From: Azolla caroliniana
Taxonomy: Eukaryota; Plantae; Polypodiophyta
Length of the DNA stretch: 64,000 nucleotides
NCBI GenBank assembly: GCA_043228905.1
Contig: JBHGNT010000007.1
Coordinates: 21,948,001 to 22,012,000 of the forward strand
Direction of reading: 5' to 3'
Shown here piece by piece: positions 45,587 through 59,052 of this stretch. How positions within the stretch are numbered: the first letter of the stretch is position 1; the number at the start of each line of letters is the position of its first letter. A program made the translations under genes and the position numbers. The notes beneath the pieces are model-generated. The model was given only the letters and a program-made list of their open reading frames with translations. It was not told where the DNA came from and did not search any database.

Positions 45587-48500
45587 GTCCAGCCAAAATA
45601 GGAGCCGTTTGGTTGGATAACCCTAGATCTGTGCAGCCCATTAGTGGTTCCATTCCCTCTAAGCAAGTTAGTGATGTGTTCGTAGCCCAAGTAATAGTTA
45701 GTACTAAAAGTACCCCTCCAGTACATGTCCTAGCACTCCTAGATTCCGGAGCTAACTCTTGCTTTATGGATAAGAAATTTGCTCAAGCTCATAAGATATC
45801 CCTAAGAAAACTCTAGTGTCCAGCCTCTGTAGTAGTCATTGATGGACGTCCCATTGCTTCCGGAAATATCCTAGAAGAGTCAGAACCCATTAATATTGTC
45901 CTAGATAACTTAGTATGTGTAGTATCATTTAATATTATTAGTATCCCAGAACATCCTATAGTTTTAGGACTACCGTGGTTCGAGTTACATAACCCTGACG
46001 TAGATTGGAGAACAAGAGAAATCCGGTGTCGACAAACCCAAGGGTCAACTCAGAAGATGGCAACCATTTCGCTACGTCAGTTGCATAAAGAAGGGCACAA
46101 GGAGGAAATGTTCCTCTTTGCAATATCAGTAAACCCCTCCAACACCACTAAAGAAGAATCCACCGTTCAACTTCCCGAGAAGTATCGCCATTACACCGAT
46201 GTGTTCGATAAAGTACAAGCCAACACACTTCCTCATCATCGACCGTACGATTGCCCCATCGATTTACAACCGGGAAAAGAGCCGCCATGGGGACCGATCT
46301 ACAATTTGTCACCAACCGAGCTGGAAGTCCTTCGGGCCTATATAGAGGAGAATTTGGAAAATGGTTTCATTTGGCATTCGAAATCTCTAGCCGGTGCGCC
46401 CATTTTCTTCGTCAAGAAAAAAGATGGATCGCTTCGTCTCGTTGTAGATTACTGTGGCTTGAATAAGGTTACAATCAGGAATAGGTATGCTCTTCCCCTT
46501 ATCTCAAGTCTTTTAGAACGGATCAATGGTGCCAGGTTCTTCACGAAGATCGACTTACGGGGAGCATATAACCTCGTACGGATCCGACCAGGAGACGAAT
46601 GGAAGACCGCATTTCGCACCAGATATGGGCACTTCGAGTATACTGTCATGCTGTTCGGCCTCACTAATGCGCCGGCAGTCTTCCAGCACATGGCTAATGA
46701 TATATTCCGAGATCTATTGGATGATTGTTTGATCATCTATTTGGATGATCTACTGGTTTATTCAAAGACCCAAGAAGAACATGATTCTCATGTACTATTA
46801 GTACTAAAACGACTTCGAGAACATGGTCTGTATGCAAAGCTAGAAAAATGTAGTTTCGGGTGCAACCAAGTGGAATTTCTCGGCTACATCATTTCGTCAG
46901 AAGGCATCTCCATGGACCCAGCTAAGGTCAGAACGGTGGTAGAATGGCAGACTCCACGTTCGGTATGGGATGTGCAATGCTTCTTAGGCTTTGCCAATTT
47001 TTATCGGAAGTTCATACAGGATTACTCAAAGATCGTTCTACCTCTCACACAACTTACCAGGAAGGGACAACCGTTCATCTGGTCTGAAGAAACGGACATG
47101 GCTTTCGAGAGTCTTAAAAAAGCATTTACATCGGCTCCAATTCTAGCTCATGTCGATCCGGAGAAACCATTCATCATCGAAGCTGACGCATCGGATTTTG
47201 CATTGGGGAGCATTCTGTCACAACAGGGGAATGATGAAAAGCTACATCCTGTGGCTTTTCACTCACGCAAGTTTGATGCCGCCGAAATCAACTACGAAAT
47301 CTATGATAAGGAGCTATTGGCAATAGTGGATTCTTTTATGCAATGGAGGCATTTTTTGGAGGGATCCTCTCATCCAGTCACCGTATTTAGTGACCACAAG
47401 AATCTTGCCTACTTTCAGGATGCTCGTGTGTTGAATTGACGTCAAGCTCGGTGGGCCCACTTCCTCACGCGTTTCGACTTCAAAATTACATATCGTCCGG
47501 GGAGGCACCAAGGGAAGGCAGATGCATTATCACGGCGTTCGTATCTAGCACCCCGTCCCGGCGAGCCAACTTTCGATAACCAAAAACAAGTCATCTTGGG
47601 ACCGGCACGATTACAAGCAACACAAATCTTTGACATGCCTATGGTATCCCGCGTTGTCGATACCATACGTGAAGACTTGAAGACAGATGCGTTCGCCCAA
47701 GCTATACTAGCACAAATTGATCCCTCTCGAGCGTCGTGTTCACAGTCGCAACCACCAGGTACGGACTATCGGCAATTCAAATACCATGATGGATTACTCT
47801 TCTTTAAAGAACTTTTGTATGTTCCTAATGGTTCTTGCCGCCTTCGAGTAGTACAAAACTGTCATGACACATATACAGCTAGGCATTTTGGTAGTACTAA
47901 AACATTACATTTAGTACAACGATCATTCTGGTGGCCCTGTATGCGACAATTTGTCGAGGATTTTGTTCGGACTTGTGATACATGTTGCAGAGCGAAAATG
48001 CCAAGGCATCATCCATATGGTTTATTAGAACCATTATCAATTCCAAGCAAGCCGTGGCAATCCATTGCTCTAGACTTCATCACAGATCTTCCAGTCTCTA
48101 AGGGGTTCAATGCGATTCTAACGGTGGTCGATCGATATACGAAGATGGCTCATTTCTTGCCATGTACTAAGGAGATCTCCAGTGAAGACACTGCCGAAAT
48201 TGTCATGCGTGAAGTATGTCGGCATCATGGACTCCCCGATAGTATCATCAGCGACCGTGGACCCCAGTTCGTGTCAAAATTCTGGAAGCACCTTTTTAAC
48301 ATGCTCAAGGTCACTTGTAACCTCTCTTCCGGCTACCACCCACAAACTGACGGCCAAGCTGAACGAACAAATCAAACGTTGGAGCAGTATCTGCGGTGCT
48401 TTCTCAGCTATCATCAGGACGACTGGGCAGATATTCTCCAGTTCGCCGAATTTGCCTATAACAACTCTATCCACGCATCCACTAAAGTTACGCCATTTTA

Positions 48501-49170
48501 TGCTTATACGGGATGTCACCCCCAGTGGAGTGTACTTGAAACCCCAGAGGTGTCCACAAATCCGTGCGCGGAGGATCGTTTGGAGCGGTTACGCAAGATA
48601 CAAGCGGATTTATCTACTCATCTCCAGCAAGCTCAACAAACACACAAGGTCTACGCGGATCGTCATCGACTTCCATCTAGTTTTAATATTGGAGATCGGG
48701 TGTGGTTGCTACGACGACACATCAAGACTACTCGCCCATGTGAGAAGTTGGATTATCGGCGATTAGGTCCTTTCCGTATTATTGGAAAGATTAATGATGT
48801 TGCTTTTCGTCTCGATCTACCTCCTCAACTTCGGATACATCCGGTGTTTCATAGTTCTCTCTTCGAACCCTACCACGAGAGCACCATCCCAGAACGTCTT
48901 ATCCAACCTCCACCCCCGATCGAGCTTGAAGATGGGCCGGAGTACGAGGTTGCCGCCATTCTTGATTCCAAGATTGTTCGCAACAAGCTCTACTATCTAG
49001 TCGATTGGCTAGGCTATAGTCCCAGCGAACGTACTTGGGAACCGATCGAGAATGTAACCAATGCTCGTGCTCTTCTTGAAGACTTCCATCGTCAATATCC
49101 ACACAAACCGGGTCCTCAATCCAAGACGACTCGTGACACTCGTCGTTTTAAAGGGGGGATAGTGTCATGA
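45580..49170 (+). pseudogene. pol: Chromovirus Pol (protease, RT, RNase H, integrase, chromodomain) with two nonsense codons
   Basis: ORFs 45613, 46057 and 47596 share one frame, -1 relative to gag, split by TAG 45814 and TGA 47437. Motifs LLDSGA, YLDD, DASD, HHCC, DFITDLP, SDRG, and chromodomain YEVAAILD...YYLVDWLGY...TWEP. Confidence 0.92.
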
Positions 49171-49463
49171 TATGGCAAGGCTCGAACCCATGACCTTAGG
49201 TTATATGGGTCGAGCTCTTGACCATTAGACCATCTATTGTAATACGTAGGATATTATTTTCATTTACATTTTATTATAGGAAATTAGTGTATATTCCAGA
49301 TTTCTCTGGAACATTCTAGAAGCTTCAGGATTACTCCTGAAAACACTATAAAAGAGGGCACTAGGCATTATGTTGAACCAAATTGGTTCAACGCCAGTCT
49401 TAAGCCTTTTAGCCACCGTTGTATATTCTCTTCATATAATAAATATCTTTCTTATCATCACTC

Positions 49464-49504
<41 letters not shown>

Positions 49505-50734
49505 GTCTCGCTCACTTCTTCCTTCTCTCGAAGAAGTTCCACACCTCTCATAGTACTAATCCTTCGTTTAGTACTAATTCCTTCTCTGTCTCAGTACTGT
49601 TCATGACATCGGGCCTCTTCAGTCCGAACTCTTCTTCAAATCGGTAGTGCCAATTTCCTTCTCTTTTCGGAAATGCCAATAGTTCTTCTAAAAGTGTCCT
49701 GGCTTCCTGCAATATAAGCACGTGGGCCTCCCCTTGACTTCGACCTCGTCCCCGATTTGTCCCGGTTTTGGGGACTCTTATACCGGCCTCTTCCCCGGTT
49801 GTAGTCATCTTCCGTGCCCAAGGCCTTCAGATCGGTTCCAGACTCCCGGTCCTTCCGGCGAGCTTCTTCATCTAGAGAGCTTGATTTTACCCTTGCTAGG
49901 GACAACTGTTTTCCTTCCGGCCCGGCGTTGCCCAATGTGACAACTAACGTCTCCTAGCTTTCCTGGAGGGAACCGAGCAGGAGCAATGCGAGTACCTCAT
50001 GGGCGAGAGGTACTTCCAACGAGTTTGCTTGGTGTATCAGCCCCTGGAAGGCATTCATGTGCTCCACCATACTAGAGTCGTCCTGGTACTGGAGCCTCAC
50101 TAGCTTCGGGAATACCGAAACCCGATTAACAACAATCTTGTTCTGGAACATGATGCTGATCTTCTCCTAGAGTTCATGAGCCTTACTTTCTATATTGAAG
50201 TTGTTGTACAAGCTCATGTTGATGAAGCACTGGATGTATGCCATCGTCTTCATGTGCATCACCTCCCACACTGTGGCGTCTATCTTGTTTGGTTTCTTGT
50301 CCCCGAATTGAACTGGCAACCAAAGATCTTTAAACACCAACATATCCCTCATCTTCAAGTTCCACATTGAGTAGTTGGAGCCGGTGAGCTTGAACATGCC
50401 GTCGAACGATTCTTCCATTTCCTGTGTTGTTCGCTCTAATACCAGTTTGTAAAGAACCGCTTTAGAATATAGCTCAACCACAACTGAGTAATGGAACACT
50501 TCGTTTAAGGATCAAACCTAGAAATGGGAAACGGAGAGGGAACGCACATACCCACGCAGAAAATAGAGAGTACACATGATGTTTACGTGGAAAACCCTAA
50601 TAGGGAAAAAACCACGTGAGCCCATAGACTCCAAACTAACACTATGAAGAAAGAGGGTACACTAAGAAACTCGGAGGCAACGACCTCGAGCTCTGTATCT
50701 TAGCCAACCAGCAGTTACAACAGAGTATCGCTCC

Positions 50735-50777
<43 letters not shown>

Positions 50778-51334
50778 CAACAGTTATACACATACAACAA
50801 TATGACCACACAAAAAAAGTGTTTGCCCTAAGTCATATTTATGCTTCTATGAACTTAGGGCTATTTACAAATATAGCCTCAATAGGCTTACTCAAAACAT
50901 ATTCACAAATATGTCTTCTCTTTCGGTTCTCACCGGGTCCTCTTCATTCAACACCGGAGGGATCGATTTCCGAACATATAATTGGTTTTACAAGATTTTA
51001 GAGTAGTTGATTACAACGATGGTAAATTTTTAGAAATTAAGCATGAACTAAGAACTCTAAATTTCAGGAAAAAGATGTAAGTAAAACCCCAAAATAACAA
51101 GAATGTTATGGAGAAGAAGAAGAACATGAAGAAGAAAAGAATAATCGACAAAGATAAGTTCTTGAGTGAAACTTTCGAGGGAAATCTTTGAGTTTCAGTG
51201 TAATTTTCCAACGATCAATGACCACGTCACCTCTTGTCAATGTTGGTCTTACACGTGATCATGGTACGCTACCCTAGCTTCCTTATTTCTCAATTTGGCA
51301 GAGCTTCCACATCTCTTTTCTTCTTTTTCTTAAA

Positions 51335-51554
51335 TAATGGCTTTCTTTACAAAAGAAAAAACACCAGTTAGAGACATCCACACTGAATTGACACACCTCC
51401 AAACCATCCTTGCCATCGGGCATGAAAGAAATCGATGCCTACTATGTTCCAATTCCAGTGAACAAAAGAAACACAATCCTTTAGTAATGTTTCTTTTTTT
51501 TAATGCATCCCCCATACGTTGCAAACCTCCATTGAATAATGCATAAGACGTCAA
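51335..51554 (-). mobile_element. Short LINE zf-RVT remnant
   Basis: CFFC...EHSRHRFLSCPMARMVW resembles the CxxC...E...H....C...W zf-RVT pattern. Confidence 0.5.
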
Positions 51555-53832
51555 GTTGAATTACTGTATCGTTTTGGAGACCTCCATCGACTTATGTACA
51601 TGAAATCTAGACTCCGTTCGGTAAGGTACCTTATCTCCTTGAATTAGGGTGCAACTGGGGTTGAATCCGTGACCTCTTGGAATGCAACCGATTGCTCCAT
51701 GAGTGAGATATAGACCCGCGCACAAAAGAAACATTACGTCATAATTCTACATTGATTCATATAGAAGAAATCCAGTCGAATTATTATGTCGTTTCAGATA
51801 TCTCCATCTGGGTAGAAGAGTGTGTTCGGGAAGACACCTCATCCACTTCAATCAGGGTGCAACCGGAGTTGAACCCGTGAGATATCGGACTGCAATTCTT
51901 TGGTGTACCTCTTATCTATACATGTGTGCATAACAGAGACATTACTTTGCAAACCTCCTTTGATGCATGTACAAGATGTCTAGTCGACTAATGTTTCATG
52001 TACATGAAATCTCAATTCCGTTCGGTAAGGCTCCTCATCTCATTCAATCATGGTGCAATGGGGGTTGAACCGCTGACCAATCAAACTCCTGCTGATTGCT
52101 CTACCACTAAGCTATACACCTGCGCAAAAAGGGAACATTTCATCGCGAACCTCTATTGATTCATGTACAAGAAGTCCAATCAAATTATTATGTTGTTTCA
52201 CATAGCTCTATCGATTCATGGACATCAAGGCTAGAGTCTATTTAGCACACACCTCATCATCAGACACCTCCATTGATTCATGTAGATGAATTCTAGAGTA
52301 TGTCCGGTAAGGCACCTCATCTCTTTGAATCAGGGTGCAACTGGGGTTGAACCGGTGAGCTATCAGACTGCATCTGTTTGTTCTACCTCTGAGCTATACA
52401 CGTGTGCACAAAAGAAACATTACTTCGCAAACCTCCTCTCATTCATGTACAAGACCTCTAGTCGACTTATTATGTCGTTTATGAGACCCCCATCGATTCG
52501 TGTAAATGAAATCTAGACTTCGTTCGCTAAGGCTCCTCATCTCCTTGAATGAGGGGTCAAACCGATGACTTATCAGACTGCAGCCGATTGCTCTACCACT
52601 AAGCTATACACCCGCGCAAAAAGGGAACATTACGTTCCAAACCTCCATTGAATCATGTATAAGACGTCTAGTCAAATTATTATGTCGTTTCGGAGACCTC
52701 CATCGATTCATGTACATGAAATCTAGACTCTGTTCGGTATGGTACCTCATCACCTTGAATAAAGGTGCAGCTGGGGTTGAACCGGTAACCTCTCGGACTG
52801 GAGTCAACTGCTCTACTAGTGAGCTATACACCCACACACAAAATAAACATTATGTCGCAAACCTCCACTGATTCATGTAGAAGAAGTCCAGTGGAATTAT
52901 AATGTTGTTTTGGATATTTCCATCCATGTAGAAGAGTGTGTTTGGTAACACACCTCATCCCCTTAAAATAGGGTGCAACCGGGGTTGAACCGGTGAGCTA
53001 TCGGACTGCAGTTGTTTGCTCTACCTCTGAGCTATACATGTGTGCACAAAAGAAACATTACTTCGCAAACCTCCTTTGATTTATATACACGATGTCCAAT
53101 CGACTTATTATGTCATTTTTGAGACCTGAAACCTCCTTTGATTCATGTACACGATGTCCAATCAACTTATTATGTCGTTTCCAATACCTCCATCATGTCA
53201 TTTCCGAGACCTCCATCGATTCATGTACATAAAATCTAGATTCTGTTCGGTAAGGCTACTCATCTTATCACTAAATCAAGGTGCAGTCGAGGTTGAACTG
53301 GTGACCTATCAGACTGCAACCCATTGCCCTACCATTGAGCTATAAACCAACGCACAAAAGAAACCTTACGTCGCAATCATCCACTGATTTATGTAGAAGA
53401 AGTCCAGTCGAATTATTATGTCATTTCGGATATCTGCATCGATTCATGTACATGAAATCTAGAGTGTGTTCGGTAAGGCACCTCATCTCCTTGAATTAGG
53501 GTGTAGCCAGGGTTGAACATGTGAGGTATCGGACTGGAGTGGTTTGTTCTGTCTCTGAGCTATACACGTGTGCACAAAAGAAACATTACATCGCAAACCT
53601 CCTCTGATTCATGTACAGGACGTCCGATTGACTTATTATGTCATTTCTGAGACTTCCATTAATTCATGTACATGAAATCTAGACCCCGTTCGGTAAGGCT
53701 CCTCATCTCCTTGAATCAGGGTGCAACCGGCGTTGAACCGATGGCCCATCAGACTGCAGCCGATTGCTCTACCATTGAGCTATACACCGGCATAAAAAGG
53801 GAACATTACGTCTCAAATATCCATTAAATCAT

Positions 53833-56800
53833 TGTTGGAAAACAAGCTCAACATTGGCCGGATCGGCTGTGCAAGCTGAGAACCGGATCGGTTGGGATCG
53901 ATCAGTTAGGCCGGACCGGTGCGTAAACCGGTGCGCAGACAGGTACACAATGAGAAGTCGTAGTGGTGCGTAAACCGCAAGGCCGTTGGGAAGATATTCC
54001 GCATAGGAATATATTTTGGGAGTTAGTGTAGAGCTCACTTATGAGCATTGAAGTACGTGTCAGTACTTCAATGCCCAAATTTAGTGGCCAGAAGGCACAA
54101 ATTTGTGAAGCCTGCCAACTAGGGAAGTAACACCGACTTCCTTTTCCCAATGAGCATAACTGGAGCCGGAACAAGCTCGACTTGATACATTCCGATGTAT
54201 GGGGGCCGTCACAAAACATTAGTCTTGGCAAGAGTCGATACTTCGTCTCCTTCATCGACAACTATACGCGACACACGTGGATCTACCTCATTGAGAAGAA
54301 GAGTGAAGTCTTCGACTGTTTCTGGGACCTCAAGAGTTTCGTCGAAAGGGAAACAGGAAGAAAGATCAAGTGCTTGCGGTCGGATGGCAGAAAAGGGTAC
54401 TTTTCTGGTCAATTGAATGAGTACCTGCAACAGATGGGAATTCGGCGCGAATTCAGTTGCAGATATGCGCCGGAACAAAATAGCGTGGCCGAAAGGAAAA
54501 ATTGGTCAGTTGTGGAAGCGGCGCAGGCAATGCTGGAAGAAAAGAGCTTGCCCAAGTTCTATTGGGCCGAGGCGGTACGAACCGCGGTATACATCTAGAA
54601 TCAGATCGGAGACAAAGTTTCGGCGCATGAGCAGTATTTCGGAAGGAAGCCGAACCTACGACACTTGAGAGTCTTCGGTAGCATTGCGTATATGCATTTA
54701 CCAAAGGAGAAACGGAGGAAGTTGGACGCAAAAGCCGAGAAGTGTATCTTGGTCGGTTATTCAGACGAGCAGAAGGGTTATAAGTGTTATAACCCTCGCA
54801 CCAAACAAGCGCGCGTGAGCTGCGACGTTGTGTTTGACGAGTCCGCGTCCTGGTACTTGCCTCCGACTCCGGACCTCACCTCCAATTCGAGTTCTGACGA
54901 TGAGGTTAGCGAGGCCGAGATGCCTCTGGATGAGCCTAAAATCGGGACCCCCGAAGAGAGTCCGATTTCGTTTCGGTTAAACGAACCGAATGGACGACTG
55001 AGTCGGATCGACCAGTCCGATGAAGAGCCGGCGAGTAGTGGAGACTCGACTGTGCATTCCCCACACAGGACGCTGAGGAGACGGCTTACGCGCAAGGAAA
55101 AAGGGAAGAAGAAGGTGTCAGATTACGACATGGATAGGAACGAGTTGGATCGACGCGAGTCCGACTCCGAGGGAAGTGATGACGGGTCTTTGGGAGCGAA
55201 GTCCGCGTCGGCCAAGAAAGCCTCAACTTCAGCTAATGAGCAATTACGCCAATCTACCTGCCAGAATAACCTTGTTGTACGATTCGGTTACAACGAGTAC
55301 ATGGCGCATCACTATGCGTACATAACGCGTGTAGCGGAAGTGCGTGAGCTAGAGAGCTACGCGGAAGCGGCAAAGGATGCGAATTGGCGTGCCGCGATGG
55401 AGGAAGAGATGCGCGCATTGGCGGAAAATGAAACCTGGGACCTGGTTGACGCACCGAAAGGTGTGAAGCTGATCGGATGTAGGTGGGTGTATAAGTTCAA
55501 GTACAACACTGACGGCTCGGTCAACCGATACAAGGCCCAGTTAGTAGCAAAAGGTTACTTGTAGCAACACGGCATTGACTACGATGACGACCGTCCGTGT
55601 TTTGCTTGCAGTAGCTGTGACGAAGGGGTGGCACTTACATCAGATGGATGTAAAGAATGTGCCATTCCTACAAGGTGAGCTTGAGGAACATGTGTACATG
55701 GTACAACCCCCCGGATTTCACTCCGAAACGAACACTTCGGCGGTGTGGTGATTGAAGAAATCCCTTTACGAACTAAAGCAAGCTCTGCATGCCTGGAACG
55801 CGAAGATCACGCATCAACTGTGTCGGATGGGCTTTGCGACATCGAAATCAGACTCCTCATTGTTCATCCGGAAAGGTCGACTCGGGCCGGTTAGTATTTT
55901 ACTTTATCTTGATGACTTGGTCATCACCGGCGCCGACTTGAGTGAAATCAACAGTGTGAAGCTCCAGCTTGCGGCATCATTCAACATGAAGGATCTGGGG
56001 GACCTTCATTGCTTCCTCGGGATCGAAGTGATCCGTACCCCCGAAGGCATACTAATCAACCAACGGCATTACGTGCTGACTATGCTCTTCAAATTCGGGA
56101 TGGTTGATTGTAAGTCTATCTCGACTCTAGATAGAACCGTCAAGCTTCACCCCAATTTCGGAAAGGTATGCGACCCGACGAGGTTTCGACAGATAGTCGG
56201 AAGCCTTATATACTTGACCATCACCCAACTAGATCTCAGCTACCCGGTCGGGGTGATTAGTTAGTTCATGGCGTGACCTACCGAGGAGCATCTTCAGTGT
56301 GCGCAACGCGTACTGCGGACCGGGGGCTACTATATTGGACCAGTGCAGCCCCGAAGTTGGTCAGCTACACCGATGCCGACTGGGCCGGCAACATCACCGA
56401 TCGTCGATCCACGTCCAGTTTCACGTTCTCTCTTGGGAGTGCCGCGATCACGTGGAGTAGCAAGAAGCAGCCGACAATTGCGCTGTCGAGCACCGAAGCT
56501 GAGTATAGAGGAGCGGTTGTCGCGACATGCGAAGCCATATGGTTGAAGTGGCTACTTAAGGATCTCCAAGTGGAGGTATCCGATCCAACGACAATCTACT
56601 ACGACAACCTCAGTAGCATCCAGCTAGCAAAGAACCCCGTCTTCCACACCCGGACTAAGCACATTGAGGTGCACCACCATTTTTTCTGCGAGCGTGTACT
56701 CTCCGGTGAAGTCGAACTTCAGTATGTTCTGACGGATCGGCAGACCGCCGACGTCTTCACCAAGCCTCTTGGTTTGGACAAGTTACGACAATTCTCAGGT

Positions 56801-57735
56801 GCGCTTGGGTTGCGTCACCTCGACGTGCCGAACTTGAGGGGGAGAGAAGTCCCGAATGACCACGGAAGGGGGAGAGAAGTTCTAGAAGACCGCGACGCTG
56901 AGTTGAATGACGAATTAGATTTCGGATCGGCTGAAGAAGCTGAGGGCGGATCCGCGGAAGATTCTGAAAGTGGACATAAGGGGAGCAACCGAAATAAAAG
57001 AGACGAAGCCATCAAGGGCGAGAGACCGAAGATGAGTTGGAGATAACCAACTTGGACGAGAGGGAAAACCGATCGGAGGAAGCCGAGTCGGTTCGGATGT
57101 TTGATTCGAATACGCTGAATCAACCAAGGGCCAAGCGGAAGAGAAGGCAACAGAAGAGGCGCCAACACCGCAACAACACGGAATCTGAGAAGGGCCGTGT
57201 GAGGAGACAAGCCGACCGGAGCGCGAGCAAGGTGTGAAGCCAGAAAGAACCAGAGCGTAGATCTGGAAGAGCGTATAGAACCTCAAGTTGAGCTTGAGGG
57301 GGAGTGTTGAGAAACAAGCTCAACATTGGCCGGATCGGTTGTGCAAGCCGAGAACCAGATCGGTTGGGATCGATCGGTTAGGTTGGACTGGTGCGTAAAC
57401 CGGTGCGCAGACGGGTACGCAACGAGAAGTTGTAGCGGTGCGTAAACCACAAGACCGTTGGGAAGATATTCCGTGTAGGAATATATTTTGGGAGTTAGTG
57501 TAGAGCTCACTTATGAGCATTGAAGTACGTGTCAGTACTTTTGTCAATCCGTATGGACTTGTATAAAAGTGCTCACTGAGCACATCCGATTTATAGATTG
57601 AGTATTATTTTGAATTGATTTTTCTTTGTGTTCTCTCTATGTCTCTCCCGTGTACTGTGTATATTCAAGCTCTCCATTAAACTTGCGTATTTTCTGTGTT
57701 CAGTTTTCTATTGCTTCCGCACGCTATTCTTTACA
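53833..57735 (+). mobile_element. Ty1/Copia element with internal deletion (gag and protease lost), inserted in the tRNA array
   Basis: TSD ATCAT at 53828-53832 and 57736-57740. The 5' LTR is truncated at ~54069 and fused to integrase (CEACQLGK, IHSDVWGP). RT (QMDVKN, LYLDD) and RNase H (YTDADWAG, ALSSTEAEY) follow. PPT GAGGGGGAG, 3' LTR 57305-57735. Confidence 0.93.
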
Positions 57736-58980
57736 ATCATGTATAAGATTTCCAGTCGAATTATTATGTCGTTTCGGAGACCTCCATTGATTCAAGTACA
57801 TGAAATCTACACTCCTTTCGGTAATGTACCTTATCTCCTTGAGTTAGATTGCATACGGGGTTGAACTAGTGACCTAACGAACTACAACCGATTGCTCTAC
57901 AAGTGAGCTATACACCTGCGCACAAAAGAAACATTACGTCGTAAACCTCCATTGATTCATATATAGAAGTTCAATCGAATTATTTTGTTGTTTCGGATAT
58001 CTCCATCCATGTAGAAGAGTGTGTTCGGTAAGGCACCTCATCCCCTTGAATCAGGGTGCAACTGGGGTTGAACCGGTGAGTTATCGGACTGCAGTTGTTT
58101 GCCCTACCTCTGAGCTATACACATTTGTAGAAAAGACACATTACTTTGCAAACCTCCCTTGATTCATGTACAAGATGTTCAGTCGTCTTATTATGTCGTT
58201 TCCAATACCTCCATCGATTCATGTACATGAAATCTCGATTCCGTTCGGTAAGGCTCCTTAGCTCATTGAATCTCAAGACCAATCGAACTGCAGTTGATTG
58301 CTCTACCAGTGAGCTATACACCCACGCAAAAAGGGAATATTACATTGCAAAACTCCGTTGATTCATGTCCAAGAAGTCTAGTCGAATTATTATCTCATTT
58401 CACATAGCTCTATCAATTCATGTACATGAAGGCTAGACTCTGTTTAGTACACACCTCAACTTTGGACACCTCCATCGAAATCTAGACTTTGTACATGAAA
58501 TCTAGACTTTGTTTGGTAAGGCACCTCACATCCTTGAGTCAGGGTGCAGCCGGGGTTGAACCAGTGACCTATCGAACTATAGTCAATTGCTCTTCCACTG
58601 AGCTATACACTCGCACACAAAAGAAACATTACGTTGCAAACATCCACTGATTCATGGAGAAGAAGTTCAGTCAAATTATTATGTCATTCCGGATATCTCC
58701 ATCGATTCATGTATATGAAATCTAGAGTGTGTTCAGTAAGGCACCTCATCTCCTTGAATTAGGGTCCAGCAAGGGTTGAATTAGTGAGCTATCGGACTGC
58801 AGGTGTTTGTTCTACCTCTGAGCTATACATGTGTGCACAAAAGAAACATTATTTCGCAAACCTCTTGTGATTCATGTACAAGACCTTTGATCGACTTATT
58901 ATGTCGTTTCTGAGACCTCCATTGATTCATGTACATGAAATCTAGAGTCTATTCGGTAAGGCTCCTCATCTCCTTGAATC

Positions 58981-59052
58981 AAGGTGCAACTGGGGTTGAA
59001 CCGGTGACCTATCAGACTGCAGCCGATTGCTCTACCACTGAGCTATACACCC
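58981..59052 (-). tRNA. One of the best-preserved tRNA-Cys(GCA)-like copies (possibly pseudo)
   Basis: A and B boxes are intact, anticodon GCA, U73. It has G1-U72 and one T-stem mismatch. Confidence 0.55.

Larger units (their letters stand above)
43920..49608 (+). mobile_element. Ty3/Gypsy chromovirus (Tcn1/sushi-like), full length and recent, nested in the Copia
   Basis: LTRs 43920-44359 and 49163-49608 (TGTCATGA...TCATGACA) differ visibly only in (CT)n length. TSD TCGGG at 43915-43919 and 49609-49613. PPT AAAGGGGGGATAG at 49150-49162. Confidence 0.97.
38696..50976 (-). mobile_element. Ty1/Copia LTR retrotransposon, decayed, with nested insertions
   Basis: LTRs 38696-39231 and 50448-50976 (TG...CA). 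TSD TATAA at 38691-38695 and 50977-50981. iMet-type PBS TGGTATTAGAGC at 50433-50444. PPT at 39232-39243. Domain order gag (FKLTGSNY), protease (WLVNSGAS), integrase (WHKRLCH, LELVHTD), RT (QLDVKTAFLHG, LYVDDM), RNase H (ALSTTEVEY). Confidence 0.95.
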
